DNA of 26,570 nt. Source: a bacterium. Lineage in GTDB: Bacteria; Electryoneota; Electryoneia; Electryoneales; Electryoneaceae. Both the position numbers and the translations under genes were made by a program. The notes under the pieces were generated by a model, which had not been told where the DNA came from, made no database searches, and saw only the letters and a list, made by a program, of their open reading frames with translations. Location of the stretch: assembly GCA_043801585.1 (NCBI GenBank), contig JAZDLX010000141.1, positions 1 through 26,570 of the forward strand, given 5' to 3'. Shown piece by piece: positions 25,553-26,570 of the stretch; the first letter of the stretch is position 1; each line of letters opens with the position of its first letter.

Positions 25553-26570
25553 GTCACAGTTCTACTCTGACAGCCAAACCGTCAGGCAAACGGGGCAACC
25601 TTCTCGAAGATCCCATTGCAAAGAGTCTGTTCAGACTCGCCTGGCCGATGCTGATCGGAATGCTGGCGATGACCATGTTCAACCTCGCGGATACATGGTA
25701 CGTCGCCCAGATCGGCGTCCATGAACTTGCGGCGATGACATTCACGTTCCCTGTCATCATGGTGCTGAACGGCCTGACGCTTGGCATCGGCACCGGGACG
25801 ACGGCGATCATTTCGCAGCGGTACGGAGCGGGTGACCGCGAAGAGGTCCGCAAGCTGGCGAGGGATGGGCTATTGCTTGCCCTGGCTATGGTGGTGATTG
25901 TAACGAGCACCGGTTTGCTCACCATCCGTCCCCTGTTTCGTTTGCTCGGCGCGGATGATGCGACGCTGATTCTGGTGTCGAAGTACATCCACATCTGGTA
26001 TCTCGGGACAATGTTCGTTGTCGTTCCGATGGTCGGCAACGCGGCGATTCGTGGCACGGGCGATACCCGTACGCCCGCCTGGATCATGACGAGTGCGGCG
26101 GTTGTCAACATCATCCTCGACCCCCTGCTGATTTTCGGAATCGGGCCGTTTCCACGCATGGAGCTGCAGGGAGCGGCGCTGGCGACCGTGATCGCACGGG
26201 CGATGACGATGGTGACCGCGTTGTACATCCTGATCGTCCGTGACAAGCTGGTGCTCTTCGCTTTGCCGAAACTGAAGGAGCTTTGGTCCCATTGGAAAAA
26301 GATTCTCGTCGTCGGCGGCCCGGCGGCGTTGACGAGTGTCCTTGGGCCGCTCTCCTTTGGAATCCTCACCCGCCTGGTATCTCAGTACGGCGCAGGTCCG
26401 GTGGCGGCGTTCGGGGCGGGCATTCGCGTGGACATGTTTGCGATGATGCTGCCGTTTGCGGTGGGTTCCGGGTTGATGATCTTCGTTGGGCAGAACTGGG
26501 GCGCGGGACGCCGTGAACGTGTCAGCAGCGCCATCGGAATGACGCAGCGATTCCTGTTCTTCTCGGGGAT
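25549..26570 (+). CDS. MATE-family efflux transporter, 3'-truncated by the window edge (missing from the ORF track)
   Basis: The GTG start overlaps the marR stop (GTGA), with a GGAG RBS. It translates MSHSSTLTAKPSGKRGNLLEDPIAKSLFRLAWPMLIGMLAMTMFNLADTWYVAQIG...RGTGDTRTP...NIILDPLLIFGIGPFPRMELQGAALATVIAR, open to the end of the window. Confidence 0.93.
   Translation, partial: MSHSSTLTAKPSGKRGNLLEDPIAKSLFRLAWPMLIGMLAMTMFNLADTWYVAQIGVHELAAMTFTFPVIMVLNGLTLGIGTGTTAIISQRYGAGDREEVRKLARDGLLLALAMVVIVTSTGLLTIRPLFRLLGADDATLILVSKYIHIWYLGTMFVVVPMVGNAAIRGTGDTRTPAWIMTSAAVVNIILDPLLIFGIGPFPRMELQGAALATVIARAMTMVTALYILIVRDKLVLFALPKLKELWSHWKKILVVGGPAALTSVLGPLSFGILTRLVSQYGAGPVAAFGAGIRVDMFAMMLPFAVGSGLMIFVGQNWGAGRRERVSSAIGMTQRFLFFSG

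Noticed and set aside
25554..26369. 271-aa - strand ORF
   Set aside because: Shadow of the + strand MATE transporter, which the ORF track missed because it has no stop within the window.
1..26570. CRISPR arrays, transposases, reverse transcriptases, phage or defence genes
   Set aside because: I saw no regularly spaced direct repeats or corresponding protein motifs.

Overview
Bacterial chromosomal segment of roughly mid-50s %GC by eye. It most likely comes from a non-Bacteroidia member of the FCB supergroup (Calditrichota/KSB1/Zixibacteria/Marinimicrobia-like). This is an inference: T9SS-type 'NYPNPFNP' C-terminal domains and a PorV-family gene co-occur with strong GGAGG Shine-Dalgarno sites and canonical sigma70 promoters. 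The centrepiece is a ~14.2 kb six-gene + strand operon (2576-16752). It encodes a non-SusC TonB-dependent receptor with Ca2+-binding-type DxNxNG loop insertions, an 814-aa exported protein with an atypical 'VVPNPY' CTD, a PorV/PorQ-family barrel, a 1479-aa CTD protein (five Ig-like repeats plus a zinc-metallopeptidase-like domain that has lost all catalytic residues), a TPR lipoprotein, and a very acidic ~700-aa CTD protein. There is no SusD. The operon is preceded by a ~960-nt non-coding region rich in + strand stems and contains internal stem-loops before the two large cargo genes. It is followed by a short sigma54-type-promoted TonB C-terminal-domain gene and a lipoprotein oligopeptidase B. 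I interpret it as a candidate SusD-independent, PorV-anchored surface capture/uptake system, possibly for proteins or peptides. The rest is housekeeping: a partial upstream TonB-dependent receptor, a GT4 glycosyltransferase, wecB, tRNA-Gln(CUG), pal-cpoB, a REP-like inverted repeat, and marR plus a MATE pump (truncated by the window end). All family calls are from motif recognition by eye; no database searches were run.
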